Positions 52,926 through 64,000 of a DNA stretch of 64,000 nucleotides are shown here, in pieces. How positions within the stretch are numbered: position 1 is the first letter of the stretch; each line of letters opens with the position of its first letter. A model generated the notes under the pieces. That model was not told the DNA's origin, ran no database searches, and saw nothing but the letters and a program-made list of their open reading frames with translations. A program made the position numbers and the translations under genes. Source of the DNA: Dipteris shenzhenensis (taxonomy: Eukaryota); NCBI GenBank assembly GCA_047967505.1, contig CM106538.1, one strand, 5' to 3'.

Positions 52926-54193
52926 CGGCCTCCTAGGAGGCTCCTTTTGCCAATTTTATTTTGGCCATAACTTGGTTCAATAGGACTCCAAATATGGTCA
53001 TGTTTGTAGTCAAAATGAATGGAATGATATGCATGAAGCCATTTCTCATGTTAGATTTTCAAAATTCTATAGCTTTAGAAAGTTTTGTAATTATTTTTAT
53101 TTCATCAGAGCTAGATCTTATCCAACTCTATATTTTCTTATGATTATGTATTGTTTGCATATAGAGTTTGTGAATCCTTGGTTTCCTCTCTCTATCCAGG
53201 GGTGTATACATGGTCATGGTCATATGAAGGTGATCCATAATTAGTTAGCATCATGGCCATAACGTGATCAATAGTTTATCAGTTTCATGGTTTAAGCATT
53301 CTACTCATGTAATTATTTTGTGTACAAAATGGATCAAATCATATGACTAGCATAAAAATCAATGAGCTACAAATGGTTGTTTCTGAAAGCTTTTGCTAGG
53401 AGGAGATTCTATACCATGGGTGGGACTATTGTTGTTTGCATGTAACTCCATAAAATAAAAAATCCCCTTCAACTCATGTGCTACCTTACATAATTTTGAG
53501 TGACCGTCCTCAGGTGTAGACATTGTAGCATTTTCCCTTTTGTATCATTTGAATGATTGCTAACTTGCATGGATTTTTTATTTAGCCAATAATAATTTTT
53601 CTCTTTGTACGTTGCCAGGAATTTTCATTTTTGTATTCATTGAATGATTGTTGACTTGTATGGATTTATGGTTTATCCAGTAATAAGTTCTATCTTTGTA
53701 AGTTGCTAGGAATCATATAAAAAATAAGCTAAAACAATCTCTAATAGTGACATGTAGATTCAATCATTTTTAGTAAAAATTGATTGCTACTATAGTTTTA
53801 GACAAAGTTCCTCACAAACATCACTTGAACTGTGGGCTCGCTAGAACACAGTCGCTCAATGTTTTGACTTACTCCTCCTATTTCTCCAATGGGATATACC
53901 CCCTACCCAGGATACACCAATACATGAGGATATTATGATCCACGTGGGTATTGCCCGCAGTACACACCTCCCTAAGTGTAAGCCCTTGACAAAACTAATG
54001 AAATAACATGAGCCTTAGAAGCCTTGGTGAGAGGGGCATAAGCTTTAGGAAGGGGAGCTACAGCCATGCCCACCACTTGAAGGGAGGGCCCACTTGATTG
54101 TCAACTCCATCCAGTTGGCTTTGTGCTTGAACAGATCCTTCCTTTGGACGTGTTTCAAAACCACCACATCATTGTCCAAATCTGATGTGAGTT

Positions 54194-54640
54194 CCTAGGG
54201 GATTCACTCTTCATTAAAGGGGGACGTCACCTGCGTGCATGAACTTTAAGAAAACCCCCTATTTAAGATCCACGTAGGATGATAAAACACCCCTATTTAA
54301 GCTTATAAGATACCACCAAAATTCCATTATGTCCCCCCCTTTCCTTAAATCTACATTCTCTCTCAAGCATTTAGATTACACAATAAGCAAATTTAGGTTA
54401 CTTTCCCTATGACTATTTAAAACCATACACAAAATCAAACTTGTTTGGACTAGTTACCCAAGGTAACCTATATTATGTCCCCCCTTCTTAAATATGACAT
54501 GGTCCCCCTAGCTTAAATTCAATATTGGGGAAAAAAAAAGGGCCCCCACCCCTAATGTATAAGCTTATGCCTCATTTCAAAAAAACCCCCTATTGTACAC
54601 TCACGTGATATCATATGTTTCCCCCTGTGAATCCCCTGGG
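54194..54640. mobile_element. MITE / non-autonomous DNA transposon, 14 bp TIR, 8 bp TSD
   Basis: Left end cctaggggattcac and right end gtgaatcccctggg. TGTGAGTT flanks both sides (54186-54193 and 54641-54648). Confidence 0.85.
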
Positions 54641-57600
54641 TGTGAGTTAAGGAATATCCATGGACTCATCTTGGCTCATTTGATTGGTATCTTGCGATAG
54701 TCCCTTATGTCCAACCAATGGCACACATATTGGATAGTACCAATCATCATCTTCACTTTTATTGGAATAAAAATAATCTTGTTCAACCAGTCAAATGAAT
54801 CAACAACTCAAACACATATTGACCAAGCTTAACATGTAGGCATGCTCCAATACCTCTTGGTTGAAGGTTGCTACTAGCACACCTTTTCAATAGTGTTGGG
54901 AAAGAGATGAGCAAGGTGGAAGGAAACAAAGCTACCATTCCTGGTGCCTAGGATGCGATATTTGGAGAGGCTAAGAATCTTTGGTGATGGTAGAACTTCA
55001 AAGTGATTGATGGAGAAAGTGGACCATTTATCAAAAGAAGATGAGATCAGGAAAGACCTAAAGAAGCAAGAGCACTAGATTTTCTGTGTCTTGTGCAAAA
55101 GAAGGTTGGAGGTGCTGCCTATTCACACAATGGCCAGATATGGATAGAGCTGACTGTGGGACAGTGATGGAGGAGGTGGTGATAATGAAGAATTTGAGCT
55201 ACCACTTCAATGCAATGTCATCTAGACAGTTGGAAGCCACATCATCATCCTAGTCAATAAGGCCACATCATCGAGGTTATTCCACATCAGTAGTGACACA
55301 TCAACATCCTACCATGTCATCATGACACAAAGTAGTGCTGTGTCAACATGCCCATGTCAGCATGCCACCTCATCATGTGCCTTGTAAGCACACTGTGCAT
55401 ACAAGCACATTTTTATAATCAGCATGTCCATCTTACTCAACTAGATGCACACAACTGATGAGCTATTGTTACATGTCAAATTTGAACTAATGGCATGAAA
55501 GAAAGTCATCATAAAGGTAGAAAGCATTGCATTTGTCCAGGACTCCTCAAAAGTAAGAGCACTAAATGGCCTTGATGCTAAAAGGAGGGGATTACATGAT
55601 GAAGAGGACATCATGTGTTTGATTGGTAGTAGCGACCTCCTAGTTAATAAGAAATCATAGATAGGTAACTTATACTCACCACTACTTAAGCTCGCTATAA
55701 TTGCATGCATGTAATTCAAGATCAAACACTAGAGCATTGAATATATATATTGTTTCTCTATCTTATATTTAGCATCCCACAACCATAGATTAGCAATGCT
55801 TCATCCTTTTTTTTAAAGTTACAATCCATTTAGGAAGTATCTTGTACATTGTAGAAACTAACCTTGTAAGAAGTAGAACTAATGGTACTAAAGACCATGT
55901 CAAACATTTAATCCAAGTAGAAGATGCCAAGCAAGAAGAAGGAGATATCACTTACGTCAAAGAAAGCAAAGAAAGGAGAGAAGCCAAAGATAATTCACCT
56001 ACAATCCCCTACAAAACACAACTAACCATGAACAACCATTGAATGGGATTGCAAGGGCTCAAGGAACTAGCTTGGAAGCAAGGATTTGATAGCACCATGG
56101 ACAAGGAATTGATTAATAAATAAAAGGTGGGCAAACATTGTTCAAACAAGTGGGTAGTTAAATTTTGGTGAACCATTGTTCAAATAGGTGGGTAGGTAAA
56201 TAAGACCAAGTGGTGGCTACTTTGAGCTCCCAAATGTAGACAATAATTTGACATAACTACAGGGACTGAGTGTGACCTATTTCCTTGATGGAGCTTGGCT
56301 AGGCCAAGGCTATATCATGAGTAAGTTAATGGAGGTGGGTGCCAACAATTTTTTAGATTTCTATCTAGACAAATCTACCTAAAGACACTAGATATTTGTG
56401 TTCTAAGACAACTCTTCAAAAGGCAATAAAGGCCACCTAGTGTGTGTCAGTAAGGCATACCAACTTCAAGTATATGAAATTGAATCTTGTTACAAGACCT
56501 TCTATGCTTTGACACCCAAATGTCACAATGGGGGGTTTGAGACCTCCTTGAGCCCAATTTTGATCCATTACCCCTAGCTCAAATTGTCATTTCTTGAAGC
56601 AATTATGGTTTGATCTTCTTGTTTACCGTTGGTTTATGCACATAGAACCCTATCATCGTGGCACACATGGTGCTTCAAGGATGCAAGGGTTTGCATGCCG
56701 TTATGATAATCTTGTTTAAGAGTTTTCTAATCAACCCTTCATATGTGGTGAGAGAGGAGTGAGAGAGTTAGATATGGGCTCAAACATAGCTCATGCCACA
56801 TGACCTTATTCAAAAGTGAGAAGGAAATCATAGCGTTAACTCATGTCAAAACATGTTTTGGGAAGAAAAATCCTTATCATTGTGTAGGCACCCAATTGGT
56901 GCTGCTTAGCAACATAGTCACCTACCTCTTATGAGGGATCCTCTAGGAAGATGAACACATGGGCAAGGTCTTGGGATTTTAGAAAATTTGGCTAGGGAAT
57001 ATAAACTTCATTAATGTACATCAGCACATATTGCCTCTTCTTAAAATGGAATTCTCTCATGAAGAGGGCAATGGGGTCATGGTTTAAGCACAGGAGGTCT
57101 CCCTAGTCAAGAAGTGGCATAGTTGTCTACTTGCAAAGAATTATTTTAAAGGAGAAGGTAGCTTCATAGGCACACAAGTAAATTTGGATCAATCACTATA
57201 TAAATTGCACGAAGGATTCACTAGTCACTCATAAAAGTCAACATATCATGACGATGCCAAAACTCTATCAAAATTCTACTAGCCTCATCTTCACTACCTC
57301 CTAGAAGTAGTCCCACTGGGCATTGTTGGTTTACAGGGTGGCAACATATCTAACTTCCTTGATATTGTCTCTTGAGCATGATTTTGATTTGGCAAAGGCA
57401 TTTTTAGCAAAGTTTATTTTGCAAAGTAGGATGCCTTGATTTGGTTCTAAAATATGACACTTTGTGGGATGGACCCTATGTCATCTTAATAGATTTCATG
57501 AAAGGGACATACAAACTGCAACAGTTTGGTATTTAAGGCGAGGCTTGGCATGTGAATAAGAAGGTGCATGAATATCTACAACTGGATGGAAGGACATGTG

Positions 57601-58924
57601 AATAGCTCTTGTGTTGGAATAAGTGACTACTTTAGCTTTCCTTTGCCAACAAGCATGCTCTGACACTTGGCAACCGAGTGGGGAATATGTTACACCATAT
57701 TTTAGTTTGTGAAAAAGGGTGCTTTTGGGTGGGTAGTTGTAACTCCTCTTTGCTATGGAATTGAGAGGAAGAGGGGGAGCCTTGTGTGCTTCTGAGTGTG
57801 ATCAAAATTTGGGAAATCAGATGAGTTGGGGGGAAGTTATGCAACTAAATGCAGGCTCGAGTCAATCATGTGTTCATAGGGGGGTAGAGTGGCTAGATAG
57901 CTCAAAATTGTTGCCTTCTTCTTGACTGAGAGTGCATCCGTGTGGTTAAAATGCATCCGCACAGGGATGTGGTTGCTCATCCTAAGTTCCTCATCATATG
58001 TGTCTCAAAGTGGTTTAGTTACCTACCTATGTTGGAACTAACTCAAGAAGCCGAAGAACAATAATTTAGATAGGTACAAATCGCTTTCTTTGTCTTAAGA
58101 CTGAAGAGCATGCAAAACACTATACACTTTTAAAAATAGATGTTAGATATAGAGAGAAACATCTAAATGGATCACAAAACTACCCACTCACTTTCATGGA
58201 GAAAACATATGAAATTATTTCCAAGGAAGAGTTTACGATTCTAAATCATAAATGCTCCACATGAAAACGGTAATGTGCCAAACAACGGTGAGAGATATGC
58301 ACACTTGAGGCCCCAATTTAGGGGACATCACACCTAGGGGCCTTAAATCCTAATTCACAAGTAGACATGCATGAATAGTGGTCAATGGAGAGCACTATCC
58401 TCACAAAGTATACTCCTCATATATTTGCTCGTCACCAAATTGAAGATCTTTTTCACCCAAACGAAAGCTCTTGCCTTTCCTAAGCTTATGATAAGTGCTT
58501 CTTCCTCTTCAAAGAGAGTAGGAAGAGGACCTCTTCAAAGAGAGTAGGAAGAGGAAAGTTTTGGAGGAGGAGGATCTATGCAATTCAGAGTAGCATTTGG
58601 GAAAGAGAGAAGCATGAAGATGAAGCTTCAATGAGAGATATGGAGAGGATCCAAGAGAGGTGGTCATGGAGAGCATGCAGAGGTGTGGCATCTAGAGGAC
58701 ATCAACTAGGAAGGGCAACCCATAAGCAAGGAAGAGAAATACCTACATAAATGACATTCTAATGTAAGGGAGAGTATAAAGTATTTTAGAAAATTGTCCT
58801 TCAAAGAGTCTAGGAATGCACTTGAATCTCCAAATCAAAAATTGTAAATCGACATAATCAAAACTGAAGGCATCAAAATTGACACGTTAAATGTCAAAAC
58901 ACTTTCAATGTATGCTTAGCCACA

Positions 58925-59120
58925 CTTCTTGAAGCAACTTCAAAGTTTCTTACTTATAGTGAATCTTTGTATCCAATTTCTCCCTATTTTTGCCAAACTT
59001 GCATCACCATTGAAGAAGTCGTTGCAAAAGGTCAAATATGTACATGGAAAGAAGATCGTAGAAAAGCTTTCACACGTTCACACATATGATTTTTTGAACA
59101 ACCATTTTGAGACATCTAGA
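58925..59120 (+). mobile_element. Gypsy RT/connection-domain fragment
   Basis: KQLQSFLLIVNLCIQFLPIFAKLASPLKKSLQK resembles KxLRSFLGxxNYYRRFIxxFAxxAxPLxxLLxK. Confidence 0.6.
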
Positions 59121-59491
59121 CTTCACACCATGAGGTGTCACTTTCAAAGTGATGATCACAAACGATGAAGGGGCTGATAAAAGCAATGTATGGACATGAT
59201 TAGTTTTTTAAGTGGCAAAAAAGTTATTAGTGCTCAAGATTAGCATTTCGTAGCTTTTTTTTTTTTGAAAATCTTTATTCTAAATAAATTTAGCTTTTCT
59301 CAAGAACACAATGATGACCACTATTAAAACAATCTTGTGTTTTGTCACCTAGCAACATTTCTTCTTGTGTTGCGATTATAGTACTTCTAGCTAGAGAATA
59401 AAAGTATTTTTACTAAAGAACCAAAGTATTTTACAACAACTATAAATAGTGTCTCTCATTTAACAACATTTTATAAGCTAGCAATGTTGAA

Positions 59492-60716
59492 TTAATAAAT
59501 ACGAGAGAATACTAGGTTGTATATGGAATGTGTGTGCATATGTACAACTACATGCGCACGCATGTGTGGAGAGAGAGAGAGAGAGAGAGATTGTCCAATA
59601 GAGCTAATAGGCAACCATGAGAACTTGAGTAATTTTTTGATGAAAACCTCCATTGTCCTTTGAGGGATGTCCATTGGGAGAGCATGAAAATTACAAGATA
59701 CATGATGAACACAGTTTGAGCAGTGTGCGCTCATTCGTGGTATGCATTGGGTTGCAGTGGATGATTTATAGGCCATTTGGATGCATTGCGGTCCTTATTG
59801 GATGCGCTGATAGGCCCAAATTGCCTTGTGGGATGCTATTTTTATGGACGCTTTGCACATGGATGCTATTTTATGCTGAGGGACAGCTTTGACACATTGC
59901 AGGTGATGCACTGATAGTGCTATGCTCTCTTGGATGAGATATTATTGATGCATATGCCAGTGGACTGCACATATTTATGTTCTCACAGATGTTGGACTTT
60001 GAAAAGTCAAATAAAGCATTTTGACTACAAATAATGTTGATATCACTTGACTTTGCAAAGTGAGCTAAAAGGGATAAGGATAGTTAGCGAGGTTATTCAT
60101 TCTTATGCCCCATTGTGATAGCATTAAAGAGTGCATAGATCTAGTGGATGCGATCTAAGTACAAATCCATCAACCCTTTTACTTTTTGGCCTGAAAAAAG
60201 AACTTTGGATATCAAAAATCGTAACATGTTTCTTTTTTGGATGACTTGAGTATCCTAGAGCCCAAATTATAGCTCTAAAAATCTAGTTTAAGCTTGCTTA
60301 TTTAATGAATACGAAGCTCATAATACAAGAGAATACTAGGTTGTATATGGAATATGTGTGCATATGTACAACTACGTGCACACGCATGTATGGGGAGAGA
60401 GAGAGAGAGAGAGAGATTGTCCAATAGAGCTAATAGGCAACCATGAGAACTTGAGTAATTTTTTGATGAAAACCTCCAGTGTCCTTTGAGGGATGTCCTT
60501 AGGGAGAGCATGAAAATTACAAGATACATGATCATCATTTTGCACATATTTATGTTCTCACAGATGTTGGACTTTGCAAAGTCAAACAAAGCATTTTGAC
60601 TACATATAATGTTGCGAGCTAAAAGGGATAAGGATAGTTAGAGAGGTTATTTATTCTTATGCCCCATTGTAATAGCATTAAAGAGTGCATGGATGTGGTG
60701 GATGCGATCTAAGTAC
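59492..60716. repeat. Local tandem duplication (59492-60165 vs 60302-60716); the second copy lacks ~260 bp
   Basis: Shared blocks gagaatactaggttgtatatggaat..(GA)n..ttgtccaatagagctaataggcaacc and tgcacatatttatgttctcacagatg..gatgcgatctaagtaca. Confidence 0.9.
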
Positions 60717-62689
60717 ACCGCCACCACCACCTAGATGACCACATTAAGAAAGATTGACACTATTTGTCAAGTGACAATGTCTCAATTGTGTCCATGTATT
60801 GTGAGATTAAATCATGGATGATTTTATGAAGCACATAATCCAAGGGTGCTAAGGTTCTAAACTTTACAAGAAAATATCAAGAGGCTCTTTTTGCACTTGT
60901 AGGTCTTGACAAACATATGCTTCACTTATCTTCTCAACTCTCATTAGTGGGAAATTTTTCTAATGGATGACTTTTTGTTTAGTTGGCCTAACCCCTGGAC
61001 CATAACAAAGAATATTTGAATAATTAGGCAAAGTTATAGAGGCTTTATATAGAATGAAATGCCTTTAAGTTTTTCTTGCAGTAAGGTTTACACATTATTG
61101 GAAAGTAAGGTTCACACATTATTGGAAAGAAAGGTGACAACAGTACCACTATCTTATTCAACCAAAGAGGCTCGCCTCTCCTCTCCTAAGAGACTCTAGA
61201 AAGGGCTTTGAAGGTATCAAAATGGTCCATAGTGATCTGAGGTCAAGTGCTTGCAAGGGAGAATAACCTCAAGATGTAGACACCCTCAACCTTTTAGTTG
61301 AACCCTTTGCCCTAGAGGGTGATTACTTACATTCGTTGTGAGTTAGAGGTAGCCTTGTTAAAGGAACCCCCTTTGATTTCTCTTCATGGTCTCCCAATAT
61401 GAATGGATGAGTTCTTAGTTGTTATGAGTTATATAGTGGGTAGTATAAAAAGAGTTGTAGGGAGCACACCAGAAATGTGTCAAGGGAATGGCAAGCGAGT
61501 AAAGGCTATGAAGGGGAATAACTAGGGGGCATGGGCAATGGCAAGGGAAAAAAGGCGGTTCTGAGGGGCGGGGAACATGAAGGGGAGGATTCCAAGGGCA
61601 AGGGGTTTGTTGCTTCTTGAGAGGACCTTTTTGCCTACCTATTGTTACATTAATTGGAGGGCACTAAGACTATTCCTTGTACTAGTAGAGCATGTTCTTG
61701 GATAGCAGCAACACCACTAGAGCTGAGACTATCAAAAATGTCTTTACTCTATGGATCCTCACACATAGTAATATATATATCCATGCAAGAATTCATTGTT
61801 GGTTTTCGCACTCCCGAGGAGGTAGCTCCTTTTCATTCCCTTTATTTTGTTAAATGATGCTTAATTTTCAAACAAACAAGAATAATAACAATGGCAATCA
61901 CAGAAATCCACCAAGATTATCACCCATCGGATTGCGAAAAAGAGTTAGTCAGAACAATAACGTTTGAAATGCAAAGGGCTTCAAGATTACAGACGAAGCA
62001 ATATGTGCAAATAAAAGGTCAACGTACATGTAATGTACAAAGGAATAAATGAAAATGGATGTATTATATGAGCATTACAGAAAATCTGATTAGCAACTTG
62101 ACGAGGCAACAATCCATCAGAGAGTTGTATAATATTCCTCAATTTCTACGTTAATACTCAATCGCAAAGATTTATCAACAAGGTATGCACACTAAAATTC
62201 AGTGTATGTAAACAAAATTTCAACGACAATAGAATGTACAAAAGTACTGCTGAACGATGATATCACCTGACCACCTAGTGACTTGATAAATGCCCTGCCT
62301 TTCCCAGGACGTAGGATGCAATTTGCACTCAAAACAACCATAAAAAGTAAACCAAACCACAATTACTTCTGACTTGAACCCTTGACAGAGTAGATTTAGC
62401 TAGATACGGTAAATACTCTGCACTTGTAAAGAAGCATTCGCACTAAACAAGCCATCAGATGTTAAATTCTAAATTCCCAATAATGATTCCCTGATCTGGC
62501 TTCACGAATAAAACCCATGCCGCCAGTGAATTCCAGCCAATATTGTATTGGCGAACAATGACAGTAAAACCAACGAAAGTATAAGCTTCTCTCAACAGAT
62601 CGTCCCATCAAAGAGGATCAGCATTAACAAAAGCCAGACAATATATCTTCCTATATTATTTCTCATCTATACAAAATCCCATTTTTGGA

Positions 62690-62992
62690 TCAAACAGGAA
62701 CAGAGCAGCCCAAGGAGTTTGCTGCCTCTGCGAGATTTGAAACAGACATACCCAGTGCTCTTAGGTTATGTGTTTCCCACGAAACACATTGCTCTACTGT
62801 TCGAGCCCAGTCATCAATCTGTTCCTTTGAAGCATTTCCATCAGCATACCTTGACCCATATATATCACCATCTTTCTGAAGCTTTGGCCTAAGAGATTCT
62901 GAGCTCAGCACATTTTGAAGTAGGGCCATACTCAATGCCCTAACATGTGCACTATTGTGGGACAAGCAGCGAACGATTGAGGGGAGCCGCCT
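62690..62992 (-). CDS. GI: GIGANTEA homologue, last coding exon; upstream exons not seen, probably beyond the window
   Basis: After the acceptor ttctcAG the frame reads RRLPSIVRCLSHNSAHVRALSMALLQNVL...IDDWARTVEQCVSWETHNLRALGMSVSNLAEAANSLGCSVPV*. This matches my recollection of the GI C-terminus (CRLPATxRCLSHPSAHVRALS...DWxxDIEKCLTWEAH...AAKELGC). Confidence 0.88.
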   Translation of the reverse strand, partial: RRLPSIVRCLSHNSAHVRALSMALLQNVLSSESLRPKLQKDGDIYGSRYADGNASKEQIDDWARTVEQCVSWETHNLRALGMSVSNLAEAANSLGCSVPV

Positions 62993-63018
62993 CTGAGAAT
63001 TATTCAGAGGAAACCCTT

Positions 63019-63022
<4 letters not shown>

Positions 63023-63063
<41 letters not shown>
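63023..63063. repeat. (CT)n microsatellite in the presumed last GI intron
   Basis: About 20 CT units, ~30 bp from the acceptor. Confidence 0.92.
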
Positions 63064-63066
<3 letters not shown>

Positions 63067-64000
63067 GCAAACAAATCAGGATGCGCTCTTCATTTAAAAT
63101 TAGCACGATTCTCAACTAGGTCACCATCATCACTTCACATCTTTGAAGAAATGCGCAAAACTATGGCTACTGAATCCAAGCATCAGCAAAATTCATTAAG
63201 TCATGTCAGTTAAGATATGAAACAGAGAACCCCTCCATTTCTGTCCAAAGCACAGAAGTAGAGAGTTAAAATGCTTGGGGACTGCTGGAATTGCAACTTT
63301 ATATTGCTGGAGCCCACACAAAAGCCCTAGATGCTGGATGAAAGCCTTCTGCTTCTGAAAGTTGGATATTTTTAGAAAAATTACAAAAGACTACATGTTG
63401 CCCTCCGCTGTAAATAGCAGTTTAGGGAGAACATTATCTAATTGAAACGACTAATTCTACAGGAAAGAGGCCTTCAGAAAAATAAATATATAACCACAAA
63501 ACCAAGAAACTCAAAGCTCCACGAACAGCCTGCACATGTCAGAGGTTATAGAGCAGATTTTGCAATGCCCATCCGCTCCCCCTTCCTCTCCGCTCCCTTC
63601 CGTAGCCACTTCCTCCGGGTTCCTCTGCTCCGCTCTCCTCTTCCATTCGCCCTTTTTGCTGGCCCTCTTCCCCGGTAGCCTTGCCATTGTTCACTGGTTA
63701 ACAGCCTATAGTTCACTGGTCTCCCACCGTGATTGTGTGGTCTGAGGTGCTGTGGGTGCAGCCCAGAGCCTAGGCGGAGCTACCAAAGCAGACCCCAAGT
63801 CGCAGATGCCCCTAGAGACACACACTAGGTGCTTGCGCAGCCCCTAGAGCTGTCCCGTGCAGAGAGTGTCTAGTGCTCCCCATTTCAGCCTGCATCTGTT
63901 CTGGAGGCCCACATTGCTGGTCAAGGCTCTCCTTCCCACCTGGTGGAGTCGTTGTACAGCTTGGAAGGGGGGGTCTTCAGCAGAGGTCATATACCTAGAT

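Noticed and set aside
62548-62892. Plus-strand ORF overlapping the GI exon
   Set aside because: It is an antisense shadow; the minus-strand frame carries the conserved motifs and a splice acceptor.

Overview
Land-plant nuclear DNA; a fern or other seed-free vascular plant is my inference, not a proven assignment. There are two host genes, both on the minus strand: a complete six-exon COBRA-family gene (1645-3776, about 452 aa) and the terminal coding exon of a GIGANTEA homologue (62690-62992). The ~59 kb between them is nested, decayed transposon DNA. It includes a ~2.8 kb foldback palindrome (~12180-15005), a 2.3 kb gag-only LTR element with both LTRs and a TSD (26882-29181), a second gag-only element (~50400-52925), Copia and Gypsy remnants, and a 447 bp MITE with an 8 bp TSD. 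The most unusual part is a composite block at ~15000-30500. It holds a minus-strand transposase-like remnant and a divergent plus-strand pseudogene region with an FCP1/NIF-like phosphatase domain and a Ulp1 (C48) protease domain. Between them lie about 15 spaced copies of a ~23 bp palindrome (CAAATCRACCnnnGGTCGATTTG) and a captured ATL RING-H2 fragment. All family calls come from motifs recognised by eye; no searches were run.
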